The notes beneath the pieces were generated by a model. That model ran no database searches. It saw nothing but the letters and a program-made list of their open reading frames with translations, and was not told the DNA's origin. A stretch of 64,000 nucleotides of DNA from an uncultured bacterium. GTDB lineage: Bacteria; Fidelibacterota; Marinisomatia; Marinisomatales; UBA1611. The position numbers were made by a program, and so were the translations under genes. Positions 30,303 to 40,955 of the stretch are shown in pieces (the stretch's first letter is position 1; the number at the start of each line of letters is the position of its first letter). The stretch covers positions 4,098-68,097 of the forward strand of contig CAJVZI010000001.1 of the NCBI GenBank assembly GCA_913020665.1. The letters run 5' to 3'.

Positions 30303-31172
30303 CTAAATGGACTCGCTGATCTTTTGTATATCACTGAGAATTTCTAGATACTCTTCTAGTCCTTTATTATAGCGAATGATATATTTCATAGGTTTTATTT
30401 TTGATGATGTAAGAATCACATGTCCCCCACTTTCATCATGGGCGACCTTGCCAATATTTAACAAGAAGTCTTCGAACTTATCCATTTTTACCCTGTAGGA
30501 TTCCAACCTTTTTGATAATCTGATGATCTCCCTTGAATATTGTGATCGATCATTATCAAAAAGAGCTTTGTTAAGTTTTTGATTAAAGCGTTCGATATCA
30601 GGTTGAAGCGCATCCCGCTTATATTTTATATCATAAAGGGTCTCCCTTAATGGCATGTATTCATCTTCAATGAAAACCAATCTCTTTCGATCTTTTTTAA
30701 ATCCTTTCTTTAACTTATCAAGGCTTTTTAAGTATTCTCTCTGTGCTTTTTGAATTCCCCGGCTCTGTGATTCGATAATTTTTCTGTATGACACCGTAGT
30801 ATCTCTATATACAGAATCTAGACTATCCCGAGGTGTATTCTTCAACTTATCATACAAAGAAAAAACATCATTACTAATACTGTCAATCTCAGAAACAGAT
30901 ATTTTCATTTTTTCATAATTTGGTTCCAGTCTTTCATATATCCTAAGATCTTTATCAATATAATATTTGAGTTCCTTTCTCATAATATTGTCAAGATCTT
31001 TCATATCCCTTTTGACCTTTGCAGACCATTCTTTTGTATCTAGGACTCTTACATCAAGAGAATAGATATCTTTGAATTTCCATGGTTTTATCCTACCTGC
31101 ACAGTCAATAAATAAAAAAAGGGCTCCTGCTAAAGCAAAAACCCTTATTACAATAATAGGAATTCTGATCAA
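30303..31172 (-). CDS. Hypothetical coiled-coil lipoprotein
   Basis: Hydrophobic N-terminus with FIDC, then K/E/R-rich helical heptads. Confidence 0.55.
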   Translation of the reverse strand: MIRIPIIVIRVFALAGALFLFIDCAGRIKPWKFKDIYSLDVRVLDTKEWSAKVKRDMKDLDNIMRKELKYYIDKDLRIYERLEPNYEKMKISVSEIDSISNDVFSLYDKLKNTPRDSLDSVYRDTTVSYRKIIESQSRGIQKAQREYLKSLDKLKKGFKKDRKRLVFIEDEYMPLRETLYDIKYKRDALQPDIERFNQKLNKALFDNDRSQYSREIIRLSKRLESYRVKMDKFEDFLLNIGKVAHDESGGHVILTSSKIKPMKYIIRYNKGLEEYLEILSDIQKISESI

Positions 31173-31174
31173 AT

Positions 31175-31414
31175 CTACAATTTCCCTTCCTGATCAAGCC
31201 TTATAAGATCATCATACCCACCTATGGTATCATCATTGATTACAATTTGTGGAACTGTTCTTCCTCCTGTGATCTCGAAAAGGTCCTCCCGGCTCCACCC
31301 TTTTTCTTCTATGTCTATTTCTTGATAGTCTAGACCTCTTTCATGCAATAGTTTTTTTGCTAACTTGCAAGGTTGGCACCATGATGTTGAGTAAACGATT
31401 ATTGTTCTATCCAT
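31175..31414 (-). CDS. Glutaredoxin (GrxC-like)
   Basis: WCQPC active site, TVPQI and IGGYDD. Confidence 0.9.
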   Translation of the reverse strand: MDRTIIVYSTSWCQPCKLAKKLLHERGLDYQEIDIEEKGWSREDLFEITGGRTVPQIVINDDTIGGYDDLIRLDQEGKL

Positions 31415-34400
31415 TACTTTAATAAAAGCAGCTTACGAATTTCAATATTTTTTCTATATCTCACCATCACAAAATAAGTCCCTGATGACAATGAATGACC
31501 ATATCGATTCACTCCGTTCCAGGTAAAACGATAATGACCACTTACAAGTGTCCCATTATGTAGTATTGAAACCTCTTTACCAAGAATATCAAAGATCGAT
31601 ATTGATACTTCATCAGACATTGGTATCGTAAGATCTATATTGGTGATCGGGTTAAATGGGTTAGGATATGCCGGACCTATGTAAAACTGTTCAGGAGTAA
31701 TGTCATTATCTACATCCAAAGCAGAAATATAGTTTGAAGGAGCCTCTGTAGTGAATCGTATTGCGCGCTCATTCTCAAGTGGTGCTGCCCCATCAGTGTA
31801 AACATTGTTGAATACATATTGAAGCCCATAATTCTTATCTGGTGCCTCAATACCTACCGTAGAATAATTCTTTGTAACATCGACATCATCGATCTCTAAG
31901 TACTGAAAATCAATTACACCATTTCCGCTCTCTGTTGGCATTGCATTCTGATCATATAGAATAATTTCAAATGTCTCTTCCGTTACTTCATCATATCCAT
32001 TCAATGCTCTAGACCACTCAATTATAAATCTTCCATTTGAATCATCATGCCAAGTATATATATCTACCCATTTATCAATTTGTCCATCACCATTTGTATC
32101 AATGGTTTCAAGGTCATCTGAGAATGGAGCAAGCATAGCTTTAGGGCCCATATACATTGGGATGGACATATTCCAAAAATAATCTATATCGCATCCTTCA
32201 AAAGATGTCCATCCATTAGAACTTATAGTGATCTGATCATAGTCTCTACCGTGATATTTAAAGACAAATGGTAGTTCAACATCCACATGGTCATCATCAT
32301 CTAACTCATAGTGGGTTCCATTGGATCCGCCATAGTTAGGGTCTAATTCTACCCATTCGAATACTGGAGTCTGCTCATATCCTTCATCAGTATCATCATA
32401 GGCCCAATAACCAAAATTATTCGGCGCAACTGGATAATTATCCGCTGGAGGGATCAGTGCCAGTACCACTTCCTGTTCATAGAATGAATATTCATTTTTA
32501 AAAAATTCCACAAGAAAAGTAATATCACTACCATAGGAAACGTCATCAAGCGCTAAAATATAATTTGTCTCATGTAATGATGATTCAAATGGATTGAAAC
32601 TGGAGAGCTGTTCTGAAGAACCATTTACAGATAATGTAGCGCCCTCAGACAAGGGTGTTAATTGGATCGATACTTCTGAATAATTACCTTGAGTGAAATT
32701 AACAACAGATAGGCTTGGCTGAAATTCATCACCAGGCTCAGGCTGTTCAGTAAATTCAATTTCAAAGACAGGCATCTCAATATCTATTGCAAGATCACAA
32801 AGCGTGCTTCCATCCTCGCTATTAATAACACCAATCACCGCATTACTGACATCTGTTCCATATGCAGTAATTTCAATTCCATTTATCGTGACCGTTTCAC
32901 CTGGCTCTGAAGTTGGTATATTAACATTAAACATACTAGGTACGACATGATCAGAGAAAGCTATATTACAACTGATCGGACCTAGTGAATTACTTGATTG
33001 GTTTTGAAAAGATATTGAAATATCCATTAACGAGCCAAGCATAGGTTTTACAGAGTTGTCCTGAGTGCCAATATTAATATCACTCAAGACCAGGTCCTGA
33101 TCGGAATTTTGCACATACACTATTTCATGACCTTGAATAAATCCACCTTTATTTGCATAAATATCTAAGGCTGGCGTACCCTCAATATCCAATATTGTAG
33201 CATACTGACCATTTTTATCGCTTATGCCTTTTTCAATAAGTGCTCCATCAGTCATTATGCTTATTACTGCATTGGAGACAGGCTGAGAGTGCGGGTCTGA
33301 TAAACTAATATTTATAAAATTATCAACAGATGTTACAGCGCCCGACGTTATTGTGAACTCTTTTGGTGTGTCTAAATAAACCTGCAATGATGGATCGCCA
33401 AGAATATTATATACATTTGCATAGAACTCTTGGGCTTCTCCAGCACCACTTTGCGCAGGAAATTCTTTTGTTAGACCCCATTGGCCTGCCTGCATCGCTG
33501 GCCCGAGTTCAACAACATTATAGTTCAACATAGCATCATACATATAAGCATTGATGACATTGTTATATTTTGTGCTTGTATGCAGATCTGATGGTCCTAC
33601 AAATGCAACCCCACCTTTTGGTACTGTAGGTGTTCCACCACGCAATACTGCCTCTGCTAGACAAGGGTCAACATTATTTGCAAAATCATTTGAGTTACAT
33701 ACATAACTCATAAATACAGGTGTTAGCCAACCATTATTAAGGTCATTTACATCATCAACATGAAATTCTGGATAGTGCCAACCATTTGCGTCTCCCCATC
33801 CTCTATAATTCACAATCCCAACACCATTATCTATCATAGGGATTATGTAGGGTGCTCCCTGTTGTATTGGAGGATAGAACACAGTATCGACTTCACTGTA
33901 TCCATAATCTAAGAGCTCATCTCTTAGCCAATAAGATGTCCATTTGGGTGTGATGGGTATAGGATACGTATTAGCGTAGTTACCGGCCACGATAAGTCCA
34001 CGATCTAACCAATTCTCATCAAATGCCAGTGGATCTCTCGTATACTGTATTGTTTTTGACATTATTACTGCGAGATCTGACAGTGAATCGATCGAAAGTC
34101 TTCCAATAAACACATCTGGGATATTATCATCGCCTAAGATATGTGTATATTGCTGATCTGATACGTCATTCTCGGGTCCGTAGTAAAATGAGGGAAATTC
34201 TGCAAACCCATCAACATCACCGATCAAAAGTATATATTCTAACATGGGATCATCCATAAGGCGGTCCGTTATCATGCTTTTTATTTCTGCAGCTGACCCA
34301 CCCGCTTCTGATAAGGGTATGAGGTATACATCAAATCCTTGCGAATTTTTAAATGATACAAAATCATTAAGATAATTAACTACACCATCTGGAGCAATGA

Positions 34401-34593
34401 TCATATAACTACCTCTCTGAGGGTTGATCTGCGAGGGTAAAATATTATAGTTATTGGAAACCATATTCACAAATGCAAGGGGTATACGCTGACCTAAAAG
34501 GTCTTCTTTTATCTTACCTCTGAAAGGTATACTCTCCCCCAGGGTAAATGAAAATACCAGAATAAATAATATTAGTTTTTTAATATGATGCAT
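31414..34593 (-). CDS. Peptidase C25 (gingipain-like) protein with NIDO-like domain and C-terminal FlgD-Ig/T9SS-type sorting domain
   Basis: YILLIGD, SD..Y, PDVFIGRLS, NYRGWG, YVCNS, YNILGDPSL, LPF.F.Y.G..Y..I.ISSNGW, and C-terminal YPNPFNP...SSGTYF. Confidence 0.88.
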   Translation of the reverse strand: MHHIKKLILFILVFSFTLGESIPFRGKIKEDLLGQRIPLAFVNMVSNNYNILPSQINPQRGSYMIIAPDGVVNYLNDFVSFKNSQGFDVYLIPLSEAGGSAAEIKSMITDRLMDDPMLEYILLIGDVDGFAEFPSFYYGPENDVSDQQYTHILGDDNIPDVFIGRLSIDSLSDLAVIMSKTIQYTRDPLAFDENWLDRGLIVAGNYANTYPIPITPKWTSYWLRDELLDYGYSEVDTVFYPPIQQGAPYIIPMIDNGVGIVNYRGWGDANGWHYPEFHVDDVNDLNNGWLTPVFMSYVCNSNDFANNVDPCLAEAVLRGGTPTVPKGGVAFVGPSDLHTSTKYNNVINAYMYDAMLNYNVVELGPAMQAGQWGLTKEFPAQSGAGEAQEFYANVYNILGDPSLQVYLDTPKEFTITSGAVTSVDNFINISLSDPHSQPVSNAVISIMTDGALIEKGISDKNGQYATILDIEGTPALDIYANKGGFIQGHEIVYVQNSDQDLVLSDINIGTQDNSVKPMLGSLMDISISFQNQSSNSLGPISCNIAFSDHVVPSMFNVNIPTSEPGETVTINGIEITAYGTDVSNAVIGVINSEDGSTLCDLAIDIEMPVFEIEFTEQPEPGDEFQPSLSVVNFTQGNYSEVSIQLTPLSEGATLSVNGSSEQLSSFNPFESSLHETNYILALDDVSYGSDITFLVEFFKNEYSFYEQEVVLALIPPADNYPVAPNNFGYWAYDDTDEGYEQTPVFEWVELDPNYGGSNGTHYELDDDDHVDVELPFVFKYHGRDYDQITISSNGWTSFEGCDIDYFWNMSIPMYMGPKAMLAPFSDDLETIDTNGDGQIDKWVDIYTWHDDSNGRFIIEWSRALNGYDEVTEETFEIILYDQNAMPTESGNGVIDFQYLEIDDVDVTKNYSTVGIEAPDKNYGLQYVFNNVYTDGAAPLENERAIRFTTEAPSNYISALDVDNDITPEQFYIGPAYPNPFNPITNIDLTIPMSDEVSISIFDILGKEVSILHNGTLVSGHYRFTWNGVNRYGHSLSSGTYFVMVRYRKNIEIRKLLLLK

Positions 34594-36872
34594 TTTTTAA
34601 CAGCCTGTTCTTTTTGAGTTTGAATTCTAATAAAATACATACCCGTACTTGCTACAAGCCCATTATTTAGATCTAGCTCAATATAGTGCTTGCCGTATGG
34701 TAGATTATTAATGTTTTTTGAAAGGATATTTTGACCTAATAAATTATAAATATTCAATGTCGCCGACCCTCCAGGATAATTATCAACATTTACCTGAAGT
34801 TTACCAAAAGACGGATTGGGGAATATGCCATTGATACGCATAGGGATCTTTGGTGTACTATTTGTATTGGTGCTTTGAATATCTAGGTAGCTATCATAAA
34901 GAGAGAATAATTGCAATGAATGTAGTTCCCATCCTCTATAATTGACTGTTTGGTCTGAAGAGAACTCTAATCGAACTTTCACAGATGTAAATTCATCCTC
35001 AGATATGGCAGTAATTAGATCAGTTGTTAGGCCATCCCACTTATCACCGTGCCATGATCTTGCTCCTAAGATTATATCATTTTCATCTAGGATAGATACC
35101 TTTGCCATATCATGATCCCACTCGGTCTCATATTTGTGCGAAACTGACACTACAGCACGATTACTACCTGAAATATCAATTAGGTCAGACTCCATCCAAT
35201 GGGTTGAAAATAGAGTGTCGCCATTATCATACCATTGCCCTTCCTGAGATCTTAATGTATGGTCGACCATACACCAAGTACCAACAGAATTAGGCCAAGG
35301 CCATGACCCGCTGAGGTCATCGACCATACCAGATTCATAGGCGATAGATACTTCTTGGTCAGACCCTAGCTCAATTTCTTTCCTCCACGGTACGAATGAA
35401 TCACCCATCAGGAAGTCTATTTCATAATATCCAGCCGCCAGGCTAAAAATATTGTCACCCGATGATATTTGGATCTCATTTGTTTCAAACTCAGTACTTA
35501 TAGTCCCAGTCACTGTATTATTATCAAATGATTCATGGACTAATCTTATATTGAGTTGATGAATTGGGGCAGGCTCCAGATATATATCTTGATCAGTAAT
35601 AGCACTATTATTCGCAACAAGTGATATCTCTTGATCTAGAAAGCCTTTAGCCCTGAAGGAAAAATTATAGGTGCCGACATCTAGTATACGCCTATAACGT
35701 CCAAATTCATTCGTTAAACGTGGCTTTAAAACAGATCCGGAGTGTTCTAATACTTCAACAATAGCACCCTCTATCGGCTCGCCAGTTGAGCTATCATATA
35801 TAATTCCCGTTATCTGCGCTGCGTCTGTATAATAGCCTATTGCTCGATCCATAAGATATATCATGGCTGGTTTATTCCTATCAATTGTATCTTCGATCAA
35901 TAAACTATCAGGCTGAAGATTAGACGTCCCGCATTCTACGAGATATTGAATGGACCCTGTCTCACGATAGAACCAGTCATGCAATTTACCATTTCTTGAT
36001 CCGCTATATACAGATAGGTAGGTACTAGTGCCATCCTCAGTACTGATTGCGCCTGCAAAATGGTCGGCAATGGATTTCATAATTGCTAGGTCTGGGGACT
36101 CCTTTTGCTCCTCCCATTTCCACGATGTAAATACTTTCTCAGAAAGATTTCCTGATCGTGAACTATGCCACACGATAGAAAAAACAAAATCATTTTCTAG
36201 TGCAAGGTCTCTAATAGCAATTGCCTCGCCTTCAGAGAATGGTTCCTCGCCTTTATAGTAATCATAATGAGAAGCATAATCAGAATTATCAGGTTCAAGA
36301 AAAGTATCACCAAAGGCCCAATTAAAACCGAAGTTACGATTGAGATCTACTCCGTCAATATCGTTACCTATGGAAGGGTCATAGTCAAATAAACCATTCG
36401 GGAAAGGCCCATCTGGTGATAGGTCTCTTTTATTCTTTCGGTAGCTTAGATCTAATTCTTCATGAACCACATTCAATCCTTCTGGATTTGCAGTAGGTAT
36501 GATCCATATATCTAGATATTGCTTCAAAATATTCATATGGGTATGGATGCTTGCATCAGGAAAAAGCAGGTCGTTTATAAGGTCTAATACAATTTCAACA
36601 CCTAGAATCTCTTCTGCATGTACCTGTCCAACGAATAGAACCCTAGGCTCATCCTCTTTTACATGTGCATTATCGGATATACGAACTGCCAGAATAGGAA
36701 TATTCTCTTGGGTTGAGAAACCGATCGTATCCAAATGAAACCAACCTTCAAGCTCTTCTAACTGATCTAATGAATCAAGATAACTATAGATCTCCTCTGT
36801 AGTATGATATCTGCCATCCAATGATTGCGAAAATAAAGGGTAAAATAGGAATATTGACAATATGTATTTCAT
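34572..36872 (-). CDS. M14 zinc carboxypeptidase with CarboxypepD_reg-like Ig domain and C-terminal sorting domain
   Basis: Zn ligands HAEE and WHS, NPEG, RKN, GVDLNRNF, catalytic-position VECG, and C-terminal FPNP...IYNLLGQ...GMYF. Confidence 0.9.
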   Translation of the reverse strand: MKYILSIFLFYPLFSQSLDGRYHTTEEIYSYLDSLDQLEELEGWFHLDTIGFSTQENIPILAVRISDNAHVKEDEPRVLFVGQVHAEEILGVEIVLDLINDLLFPDASIHTHMNILKQYLDIWIIPTANPEGLNVVHEELDLSYRKNKRDLSPDGPFPNGLFDYDPSIGNDIDGVDLNRNFGFNWAFGDTFLEPDNSDYASHYDYYKGEEPFSEGEAIAIRDLALENDFVFSIVWHSSRSGNLSEKVFTSWKWEEQKESPDLAIMKSIADHFAGAISTEDGTSTYLSVYSGSRNGKLHDWFYRETGSIQYLVECGTSNLQPDSLLIEDTIDRNKPAMIYLMDRAIGYYTDAAQITGIIYDSSTGEPIEGAIVEVLEHSGSVLKPRLTNEFGRYRRILDVGTYNFSFRAKGFLDQEISLVANNSAITDQDIYLEPAPIHQLNIRLVHESFDNNTVTGTISTEFETNEIQISSGDNIFSLAAGYYEIDFLMGDSFVPWRKEIELGSDQEVSIAYESGMVDDLSGSWPWPNSVGTWCMVDHTLRSQEGQWYDNGDTLFSTHWMESDLIDISGSNRAVVSVSHKYETEWDHDMAKVSILDENDIILGARSWHGDKWDGLTTDLITAISEDEFTSVKVRLEFSSDQTVNYRGWELHSLQLFSLYDSYLDIQSTNTNSTPKIPMRINGIFPNPSFGKLQVNVDNYPGGSATLNIYNLLGQNILSKNINNLPYGKHYIELDLNNGLVASTGMYFIRIQTQKEQAVKKCIILKN

Positions 36873-36875
36873 GTG

Positions 36876-39800
36876 TTACTTTAAGTAAGTCACCTTACCT
36901 TTTTCTATTATGCCATTTGACTTGAATGAATAGAAATATACCCCGCTTGATATCTTTTGCCCATCAACATTCTTTGCATCCCAACTTATCTGGTATAAAC
37001 CTGCATTCCCAGGAAGTATCAATCTATCATAAACAAGATTGCCTCTTAGGTCATATATTTGGAATTCAACTGCTTGTTTATCAGGCATTTTAAATTCAAA
37101 ATTCAATTTTCCGTTAAAGGGATTAGGATAGGCGCTTTCCAATGAAAAATCATTTGGTATTTGACAATTATTGCAACTGTAGTCTGTAGAAAGGATATCA
37201 GCCTTCATAAGAGTCCTACCATAGTAATTCGCAAGATCTTCTTTTCCTGAACTTCTAAAGTCGATCCAATCCAAAAAATATTCCTCACCAGAGTGATGAG
37301 TTATATTTACATTTTGTTGTTTATGGTATGCTATACAAATTGGAATACCATTCATTTCCGTCGTCATCCCCTGACCAATGATATATCCACTAGCATAAAG
37401 GTCCACTCCATTGATCAGCAATGGATCTTCATTATAGTAGCCCCTTTCATCCTCCCAAATCACCAGAAATTCATTTTCCTGCAATGATGCTAAGCTAGGG
37501 TTGTATTGGTCAGTTGTGTCCACAGAAAATTGTATTTCATCTTGCTGTAGGGCCCCACTTGCAAGATCAATAATTTCACCGTAGATCTCAAAATCAGAAC
37601 CATTTCGATAATCTTGCCAAACAAGAAAAGCATGTGTTCTTGACTCATTAAACTCAAAGGAAACGTTCACCTGGTCGTTATCTGCTTCAATAACTGGTAT
37701 CCCCCCAGAATCCCACACTTCATTTCCATCCCAATCAATTGATTGAGCATATATATCTGAAAAATTTCCATCTTGTATCCAAACTGCGATCATGCCACTT
37801 TCATCATCAATAACTTTGACCTGTAAATGTCTAGAATCAGAAGAAGCATTGCTTAAGCTATTCCCATTGGGATTCCATCCGATCTCTACATTACCCTCTG
37901 CATCTATCTTTGAATATTTAAGAGAGGCTGCTGGCCATGCATCCTCCATCCAGAATATCATGTACTTATCGTCTGGAGTGGGTACCACAGCCATGATATA
38001 GTCGTCTCCATTTGAATCAACCAATTCTACACCCTCGCTAGGAAGGGTTATATTGCCTTCAGTATCTAGCTTCTGATAGTATACATCGTAGTTAAAACCT
38101 CTGCTCTCTGACCAAAAACACCCCACGCCATCTGGTGTCTCCACTAATAAAGCATTACGCATATCAAATACAGCATCAAGAGCTATACCATCTTCATCCC
38201 ATACATTATTTAGGTTTTCATCCAATCTATTTACGCGAATGAACTTTGGTGAAGAGGTCCCATCAAAGGTTGCAGTATAAAAGCCATTTGATGCTTTGAG
38301 AAAATATGGTATCGAAAAATCTGTTTCAGATGAAGAGTTATCTCCAAATGTCAGTTGTTTACCATTTACATCATCCAACTCAAGCTCCGTGATGCGCGAA
38401 CCATAAATTTTCTTTGAAGACCTATTATCCTCCCACACCAAATAAAGATCTTCTTCAGCAATTGGATATGAATGTGTATAATTAACATCACCATCCAGAC
38501 CTAACATAGCTGTCAATCCATTATTTTCCCACTCAGGAAGAAAACTTGAATTTAATTTCTGAACTTTCAGATCGATACTGCCAGAACCTTGATCGCCATA
38601 CACTCCAAAAAGACCATCTTGTATATTGCCAACCAAGATAGGAGCAAATTGATAACCTGAGGCATCAGATATTGCCAAAGGCTCTTCTATACTATAGCTT
38701 CCATCTGAGCTAATATTCTGATAGAATATATCAACATCTGGGAATGTACCTCTTTCCCAAATGATGTTCAGATCACCATTTACACCTGCTGAAAATCGTG
38801 CACTAAAATCAACATCTTCGACTGGATCTAATCGTATTCCATCTCCCCATTGTCTTTCACCATTTGTATTTATTTTTTGAAAATATTGATCCCCATCGAT
38901 CGGATCATCTCTAAGATCTTTCCAATTAACAAACACTTCACCCAGATCGCTTCTTTTTACTCTTGGAGCAGTTTGTAAAGCTTGATTGTCTGATATGGCT
39001 CGATCGTCAGTAAAAACCGTACCGTTTTCATTGACAAATTGATAGAGGACCCTTGAATTCTCATCACCTTCTTTCCATGCAATAAAAGAGGTGGTATTCT
39101 CTACAAAGGTTGCACGTGGCTTAAGTTCTTGCTCCTCTGTTGCTGCTATGGGGATACCATTCTCTTGAAATAAATTTTCCATCGAAATATTTAATCGTTG
39201 CCCATAGATATCTGCGTTAGCACCCTCTCTAAAATCAGCCCATGCAATAAATGCTTCCGAATTTCCAGCATATTCAATGGTCTTCGCATTTTGATTTCCG
39301 CCTTCAGTTACAATAGCGACACCTGTTCCAGGAGAAACAATTTCATGATCTGAAGAAATATGCGTACCATAAATATCATCATCTACACCACCACGCTTAT
39401 CCTGCCAAGTAACAAAAACTCCTCCTAAGCTATCAGTACACATATTAATGGTTATCTGTTTACCTTCTACCTGAGCTAATGCGATACCGTTTGGGTCAAG
39501 AAGAATATCTCCATTATTATCCAAATGCTGAAAGAATATATCTCCCTGCTCATCGAAACGATAATCCACCCAAGCTATGAATACACCTCCATTTCCATCT
39601 GTAATAGAGACTGGATCTTCCTGTCTCCCTGGGAGATCCGTAACAACAGCACCTGATTCACCCCATAATAGTTCACCATCCTGATTGATCTTATGTGCAA
39701 ATATATTTCTCATACCATATCTTGTATCAGACCATACAAAAATAGCTTCCCCACTATTACCCGGAGAAACTGTTCGATACCATTCAATGTGCACGCCCTG

Positions 39801-39884
39801 CCTAATTGGAGCGCCATCTCCTGAATCGAAACCAGTAGCAAATATATATGATATTAAGCTGGCAACGATCACCACCTGTTTCAT
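36876..39884 (-). CDS. Secreted multi-repeat beta-propeller protein with C-terminal sorting domain
   Basis: About 16 repeats of W.D.R....DIY.Q.....G...W..G, and C-terminal AYPNPFN...SSGVYF. Confidence 0.8.
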   Translation of the reverse strand: MKQVVIVASLISYIFATGFDSGDGAPIRQGVHIEWYRTVSPGNSGEAIFVWSDTRYGMRNIFAHKINQDGELLWGESGAVVTDLPGRQEDPVSITDGNGGVFIAWVDYRFDEQGDIFFQHLDNNGDILLDPNGIALAQVEGKQITINMCTDSLGGVFVTWQDKRGGVDDDIYGTHISSDHEIVSPGTGVAIVTEGGNQNAKTIEYAGNSEAFIAWADFREGANADIYGQRLNISMENLFQENGIPIAATEEQELKPRATFVENTTSFIAWKEGDENSRVLYQFVNENGTVFTDDRAISDNQALQTAPRVKRSDLGEVFVNWKDLRDDPIDGDQYFQKINTNGERQWGDGIRLDPVEDVDFSARFSAGVNGDLNIIWERGTFPDVDIFYQNISSDGSYSIEEPLAISDASGYQFAPILVGNIQDGLFGVYGDQGSGSIDLKVQKLNSSFLPEWENNGLTAMLGLDGDVNYTHSYPIAEEDLYLVWEDNRSSKKIYGSRITELELDDVNGKQLTFGDNSSSETDFSIPYFLKASNGFYTATFDGTSSPKFIRVNRLDENLNNVWDEDGIALDAVFDMRNALLVETPDGVGCFWSESRGFNYDVYYQKLDTEGNITLPSEGVELVDSNGDDYIMAVVPTPDDKYMIFWMEDAWPAASLKYSKIDAEGNVEIGWNPNGNSLSNASSDSRHLQVKVIDDESGMIAVWIQDGNFSDIYAQSIDWDGNEVWDSGGIPVIEADNDQVNVSFEFNESRTHAFLVWQDYRNGSDFEIYGEIIDLASGALQQDEIQFSVDTTDQYNPSLASLQENEFLVIWEDERGYYNEDPLLINGVDLYASGYIIGQGMTTEMNGIPICIAYHKQQNVNITHHSGEEYFLDWIDFRSSGKEDLANYYGRTLMKADILSTDYSCNNCQIPNDFSLESAYPNPFNGKLNFEFKMPDKQAVEFQIYDLRGNLVYDRLILPGNAGLYQISWDAKNVDGQKISSGVYFYSFKSNGIIEKGKVTYLK

Positions 39885-39920
39885 GTTATACCTTCCTCGT
39901 TCTTATTTTTGATCTATTTA

Positions 39921-40955
39921 TTATTGTTCAATCGTAATAATCTGTATTCCTTCACGAGTACAGACTAATAATTTATCACCCCAAAAGATAGATGTGTAAC
40001 TGTATCCGACTGGGAATATGCCTTTTTCTTTAGGACCCGTAGGATCTGACACGTCGTAGAGAGCAATTCCTTTTGATCCAAGCGTTAAGCAAGCAGTACT
40101 TCCTTTAATTGATATGTGGTCAACAGTCAGATCTTCTGCAAAACGATAGGATACACTTTCCGAAGAAAAACTATCTTTAGGTACATAAAGAGCACCGGCA
40201 TCATCACACGCGACAAAAACACCCTCTGCTGTCAGCGCAACTTTTTCAGCATTACCTTCAGTATCAACTCTATTAATTAAAACAGGAGTCGCCCCAAGGG
40301 AATCTATATAGAATAATTCCACTCCTAATTGATCCACAGCCATTGCTATATAATTAGAGCCATCTGAATCAATTCCTAGCGGTTTACCTGGTGTATAGAT
40401 CTCAGAGCCACCATAAGGGGTCCACTCTATAAACTCTATACCAAATGAGCTTGTAGTATCAAGATTGTAATAATGCCATTTCATTCCATCATCATTATCA
40501 GCAGAATACATGACAAATTGTCCAGGTTTTGTGTAGAATGATACGAAGTCCTTTGTTCTTGCACTCATAACAGTATTCCTATAGAACAGGCTATCGCCTC
40601 CGCCATAGTGAAATATTTTGACATCATCATTTGATTCAGAGGCAAGGATAAGATCATTATCAGGGTCAACATCCACGAGCGCAACATCACTGAATTCTAA
40701 AAATGTACCACCTTCCTCATAACCAGTAAATCCAGCAACCATTGATTGACCATCAAGATCCCATACCTGAATCCCATATTGTCCAGCTGCAACAATTGCA
40801 TTATTACCATTCATACTGATATCTCTTGCAAATCCATTTGTTTCTAAGGTCGCATCAATCGAGATAGACCAGAGGTCATCATTATTCGGATCAATACAAC
40901 CAAATAATAATAGAAAAATGATAAGAGATAGAGTGTTTTGTTTAATATTTATCAT
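39921..40955 (-). CDS. LVIVD-like beta-propeller lipoprotein
   Basis: Lipobox LFGC and repeats such as A.G..GIQVWDL, GVELFYI and GIALYDVSDP..P. Confidence 0.7.
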   Translation of the reverse strand: MINIKQNTLSLIIFLLLFGCIDPNNDDLWSISIDATLETNGFARDISMNGNNAIVAAGQYGIQVWDLDGQSMVAGFTGYEEGGTFLEFSDVALVDVDPDNDLILASESNDDVKIFHYGGGDSLFYRNTVMSARTKDFVSFYTKPGQFVMYSADNDDGMKWHYYNLDTTSSFGIEFIEWTPYGGSEIYTPGKPLGIDSDGSNYIAMAVDQLGVELFYIDSLGATPVLINRVDTEGNAEKVALTAEGVFVACDDAGALYVPKDSFSSESVSYRFAEDLTVDHISIKGSTACLTLGSKGIALYDVSDPTGPKEKGIFPVGYSYTSIFWGDKLLVCTREGIQIITIEQ

